A DNA stretch of 39,712 bases. It comes from Trueperaceae bacterium. GTDB lineage: Bacteria; Deinococcota; Deinococci; Deinococcales; Trueperaceae. The stretch is from positions 1 to 39,712 of the forward strand of contig SLSQ01000342.1 in assembly GCA_007130355.1 (NCBI GenBank), in the 5' to 3' direction. The position numbers and the translations under genes are program-made. This document shows positions 36,557-39,712 of the stretch, piece after piece (within the stretch, counting starts at the first letter, position 1; every line of letters begins with the position of its first letter). A model generated the notes under the pieces. It made no database searches, was not told where the DNA came from, and saw only the letters and a list, made by a program, of their open reading frames with translations.

Positions 36557-37674
36557 TCCCCGTCGCCGGGGTCGTCGTCGGTCGGTTCCCGCTGCGTCTC
36601 GGGCTCCGGTGCGTCGTGCAGCGGCGACGGCACCGGCGCGTCGACCGGCACGCCGGTCACCTCCCGCAACAGCGAGGTCGCGTACGCCCCCTTCGGAAGC
36701 GTGAAGGCGAGCAGGCAGCCGTCGGCACGTGCGGCGACCTGCGGATCGTGCACGCGCACGCGGGTCGCGCGACGGTCCCCGCGCCGGCCGGTGAGGTCGG
36801 TCCACGCGATCCCGAACGAGCGCAGCACCTCCTCCTCCCGGCGTCCCGGCTCCCCGGCCGAGATCCGCACCTTGCGACCGTGCAGCGGCAGCAGCGCGCT
36901 GATCTCGAAGCGTGCGGCGCGCGGACGCTCCGCCTCGGCGTCGTCGATCCGGAACACGCCGCCGGTGTCGTGCTTGGTGGCCCAGTCGCCGGCCAGGACC
37001 GTGCCGTACGACCCGTCGCGGATCCGGTCGGCGAGGAGCCGGTTGAAGACCAGGCTCTGCACCGCCGAGAGGAAGAAGCGCTGCAGCCGGCGGTCGCCCG
37101 GGACCCGTTCGCCCGCCAGGATCCGCAGGCCGTCGACCGCGTTGCGACCGTAGCGGCCGAACCGTTGCGGGCCGAACCAGTTCGGCATGCCGTCGCGGAC
37201 GAGGGCATCGACGATCGCACCCGCCCGTTCCGCCGCCTCCGGTCCGGCGTGGCGGATCCGAACCTCGAAGCGGTTGCCGTGCAGGTGCCCGACCCCGAGC
37301 TTGTTGCGGTGGCGGGAGGTCTCGAGGATCTCGACGTTCTCGAGCGCGTCGAACGCGGTGGCAGCGGCGTCGGCCGACGCCCACGGCACGCTCAGCCACT
37401 GCTCGGTCACGGCCCGTTTGTCCTTGAGTCCGGCGACGCCGATCCGTCGGTCGGGGACGCCGGCCGCCTGCAGCGCCGAGACCAGGTCGCGCGTGGTGTG
37501 CCCGACCTTGCGGACCCGCAGGTAGAAGTGCGAGCCCTTGCCGCTCGGCAGGTAGGCGGGGATCTCGGTGACGCGGAAGTCCTCGTCGTGGACGCGGATC
37601 GCGCCCCCGGAGGGCGTCAGTTCGCCGCGTACGGTGGGGAGCGCGTCCCAGGAGAAGACCGTAGCGTCGCTCAC
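36553..37674 (-). CDS. truD: tRNA pseudouridine(13) synthase TruD
   Basis: Catalytic region GVAGLKDKRAVT, then NWFGPQRFG. GTG 37674 overlaps the upstream TGA (GTGA). The acidic, Pro-rich C-terminal tail overlaps the convergent VWA gene at CTAG. Confidence 0.88.
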   Translation of the reverse strand: MSDATVFSWDALPTVRGELTPSGGAIRVHDEDFRVTEIPAYLPSGKGSHFYLRVRKVGHTTRDLVSALQAAGVPDRRIGVAGLKDKRAVTEQWLSVPWASADAAATAFDALENVEILETSRHRNKLGVGHLHGNRFEVRIRHAGPEAAERAGAIVDALVRDGMPNWFGPQRFGRYGRNAVDGLRILAGERVPGDRRLQRFFLSAVQSLVFNRLLADRIRDGSYGTVLAGDWATKHDTGGVFRIDDAEAERPRAARFEISALLPLHGRKVRISAGEPGRREEEVLRSFGIAWTDLTGRRGDRRATRVRVHDPQVAARADGCLLAFTLPKGAYATSLLREVTGVPVDAPVPSPLHDAPEPETQREPTDDDPGDGD

Positions 37675-38339
37675 GCCGACCCTTCGGACGCCGGCCCGGC
37701 CCCTTCGCCCCCGAGCCGGTCCAGGCGGCGATCGATCGCCACGCGCGCCGCGCGGAACCGGTCGGCCAGGGTCTCCGCTTCGAGCAGGCGCTGCGCGGCC
37801 GCGGTCGGCAGGCGCAGGTTGGCGCACACGAACGACGCCTGGTAGGGCGGATCGTCGGGCATGGCGGTGGTCGCCTGCTTGCGCGCCTCGGGCGCGAAGA
37901 AGACGCGTCCGTACCGGTCGAACGCCTCGAGCGCGTCCCAGGCCGCGACCTGTTCCTCGTTCGGGTCGCCGCGGCCGACCGGCCACGGTTCGACCGCCGC
38001 GAACCAGAGGGGGCGGCCGTTGCCGCCCGGTTCGGCGATCCGTTCGACCCGGTCGAAGCGCAGCCGGCACCGTTCCCGGCCGTGGGCCAGAAGCTGGAAG
38101 GTGCCGTCGAGGTTCTCGTTCGTCTCGACCACGTCCACCACGGTGCCGACCTCGCCCGGTCGGGCGGCGCCGTCCGCTTCGATCGCGTCGCCGGGCGGCG
38201 GCGCGACGACGAACCGGGGCGGCGACCGATCGGTGGCGTGCCGCACCAGCCGCTTGTAGCGTTCCTCGAACACGTGCAACGGCACGGTCATGCCGGGGAA
38301 CACCACGACGGAGAGCGGAAAGACGGCCAGGATCTCCAC
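37671..38339 (-). CDS. Stand-alone Lon N-terminal (LON substrate-binding) domain protein
   Basis: The N-terminus LAVFPLSVVVFPGMTVPLHVFEERYKRLV is the typical start of the Lon N-domain. At 222 aa it has no AAA+ or protease part. GTG 38339 with a leaderless -10 box. Confidence 0.8.
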   Translation of the reverse strand: MEILAVFPLSVVVFPGMTVPLHVFEERYKRLVRHATDRSPPRFVVAPPPGDAIEADGAARPGEVGTVVDVVETNENLDGTFQLLAHGRERCRLRFDRVERIAEPGGNGRPLWFAAVEPWPVGRGDPNEEQVAAWDALEAFDRYGRVFFAPEARKQATTAMPDDPPYQASFVCANLRLPTAAAQRLLEAETLADRFRAARVAIDRRLDRLGGEGAGPASEGSA

Positions 38340-38345
38340 GCCGTC

Positions 38346-38354
38346 AGGCTACCA
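38346..38354 (-). promoter_or_regulatory. Extended -10 box for the leaderless LON-N / truD unit
   Basis: Minus strand reads TGG-TAGCCT, then 6 nt (GACGGC), then GTG 38339. Confidence 0.55.
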
Positions 38355-38413
38355 GCGGCCCCGCGCTCGCTCCGCGTCCCGGGCCCCGGTCGCGCGGCGT
38401 CGGTCTCGGGGCC

Positions 38414-39277
38414 TCAGCCGAGCCGACCCGAGACGGCCAGGTCGGCGACGATCGCCAGCAGGACCGCGCTCGAGATCCACAGGTTCGTGTGGAACGCCTG
38501 CAGCGCCGCCTCGACCCCGCGCGTCCGGACCCAGACCTGCTGCAGCGCCAGGGCGGGCGCCACGACGAGCGCGACCCCCGCGAGGTAGACGACGCCGAGC
38601 GGGGAGGCGAGCGCGACCGTCAGAAGGGCGACGACCGAGAGCAGGTGGAGCGCGGCGGCCACGTCGATCGCTCGCGCCTCGCCGAAGCGTGCCGGGATGC
38701 TGCGCACCCCGGTGCGCAGGTCGGAGGCCCGGTCGAGCAGCGCGTAGATCACGTCGAAGCCGGCGATCCACGACCCGACCGCCACCCACAGCGCGACCGC
38801 GGCCGGGTCGAACCGACCGGTCACCGCGATCGCCCCGCCGGCGGCGGCGGCCCCGATCGTCACGCCCAGCCAGAGGTGGCAGGCCCAGGTGAACCGCTTC
38901 GTGTACGGGTACGCGATCAGGAACCCGACGGCCACCGGCAGCAGCGCCGTGGTGAGCGGGTTGAGGTTCAGGCCCGCCAGCACCAGCGCCGCGAGCCCCA
39001 CGACGGCCACGACGACGCCGCCGCCGCGCGAGAAGCGGCCGGCGGGAATGGCCCGGTCGGCGGTGCGCGGGTTGCGGGCGTCGAGTTCGGCGTCGATCAC
39101 GCGGTTCGCTGCCATCGCGGCCGTCCGGGCGCCCACCATCGCCAGCGTGATCCAGAGGAACGTCGCCGTGCCCGGCCAGCCCTCGGCCGCCAGCACCATG
39201 CCGGCGTAGGCGGCGGGCAGGGCGAAGAGGGTGTGCTCGAAGGCGACGAAGTCGAGCCCTGCGCGCAGTCGCCTCAA
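38414..39277 (-). CDS. UbiA-family aromatic prenyltransferase (MqnP / 4-hydroxybenzoate polyprenyltransferase-like)
   Basis: N-terminal FEHTLFALPAAY and Asp-rich motif NRVIDAELDARNPRT; polytopic membrane protein. TTG 39277 overlaps the pgi TGA (TTGA). Confidence 0.85.
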   Translation of the reverse strand: MRRLRAGLDFVAFEHTLFALPAAYAGMVLAAEGWPGTATFLWITLAMVGARTAAMAANRVIDAELDARNPRTADRAIPAGRFSRGGGVVVAVVGLAALVLAGLNLNPLTTALLPVAVGFLIAYPYTKRFTWACHLWLGVTIGAAAAGGAIAVTGRFDPAAVALWVAVGSWIAGFDVIYALLDRASDLRTGVRSIPARFGEARAIDVAAALHLLSVVALLTVALASPLGVVYLAGVALVVAPALALQQVWVRTRGVEAALQAFHTNLWISSAVLLAIVADLAVSGRLG

Positions 39278-39712
39278 GCCTCGACGTCCGCGGCGTCCAG
39301 CTCGGCGCGGACGTCGTCGAACCCCTCGCGCCCCATCAGGGCGTAGGTGTAGGTCTTACCGAGTTCGACCCCCGGCTGGTCGAAGGCGTCGATCCGCCAG
39401 CGTTCGCCGACCAGCGCCGTCTGCCACATCAGGGTCTGGAGCAGCTCGCCGAGGTGCTCCGCGTCGAGGCGCGGCAGGCGCACGGTCAGGTTGGGGCGAC
39501 GGTGCGCCGCGAGGGCGTGCGCGGTCGCCGCCAGTTCGGCGTTCATCAGTTCGTGGAAGGTCCGCCCGCCCAGGTAGCCGAGCGCGTCGAGGCCCGGGCC
39601 CGGCTCGGGGATCGTCAGGTCGCGGTCGGGCTCGTCGATCCGGACGAACGTCACCACCTTGTCGAACGGCCCTTCGTTGAACAGCTGCACCTGGGCGTGC
39701 TGATCGGTGGTC
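39274..39712 (-). CDS. pgi: Glucose-6-phosphate isomerase, C-terminal part (5' end lies beyond the window)
   Basis: The frame is open to the window edge. TTDQHAQVQLFNEGP matches the PGI signature region, and FDQPGVELGK lies near the C-terminus. Confidence 0.85.
   Translation of the reverse strand, partial: TTDQHAQVQLFNEGPFDKVVTFVRIDEPDRDLTIPEPGPGLDALGYLGGRTFHELMNAELAATAHALAAHRRPNLTVRLPRLDAEHLGELLQTLMWQTALVGERWRIDAFDQPGVELGKTYTYALMGREGFDDVRAELDAADVEA

Noticed and set aside
31738-37845. A 2035-aa ORF on the + strand spanning six annotated genes
   Set aside because: Its translation is low-complexity Arg/Ala/Gly/Pro with no recognisable motifs. It overlaps well-supported genes on both strands (yaaT, rnhB, histidine kinase, VWA, truD). 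Long stop-free frames are expected in DNA this GC-rich. The same applies to 4643..7666 (-), 5149..7656 (+ part), 10588..13755 (+), 13644..16937 (upstream part), 16534..18078 (-) and the other R/A/G/P-rich ORFs in the track.

Overview
The window is a tightly packed, very GC-rich stretch of core chromosome; third codon positions are almost always G or C. I call 38 CDS, the last truncated by the window edge. No intergenic gap exceeds about 120 bp. I found no tRNA, rRNA, CRISPR array, transposase, integrase or prophage block.

Gene content is mostly housekeeping: lon, rsmD, secA, pyrF, yloV/asp23, truA, hemL, mnmE, an HtrA-like protease, lepB, pgl, glgP, holB, yaaT, rnhB, truD, a UbiA-family prenyltransferase and pgi. 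Several small families look lineage-restricted, mnmE, truD, DUF503 and PEGA proteins are present, and the promoter pattern described below is distinctive. Together these suggest Deinococcota (Deinococcus-Thermus). That assignment is inference, not proven.

The clearest signal not captured by the ORF list is regulatory. Most first-in-operon genes carry an extended -10 box (TGnTAnnnT or GGTAnnnT) only 5-7 nt upstream of the start codon, which implies leaderless mRNAs. These boxes often sit back-to-back in divergent spacers of 47-77 bp. Three times the box is built on the TAG stop codon of the upstream gene. Six gene junctions are GTGA/TTGA start-stop overlaps.

I could not recognise any known defence, toxin-antitoxin or mobile system. 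The best candidates for undescribed biology are small, conserved-looking modules of unknown function:
- DUF503 / cysteine-less HMA-like / GNAT-fold trio inside the truA operon
- a lipoprotein plus secreted-protein pair
- a two-gene leaderless operon at 18.1-18.9 kb
- a stand-alone Lon N-domain protein coupled to truD
- an HtrA-patatin coupled pair in an envelope cluster

All of these are hypotheses that need homology and structure searches I cannot run here. The many long antisense and out-of-frame ORFs in the track are GC-composition artefacts.
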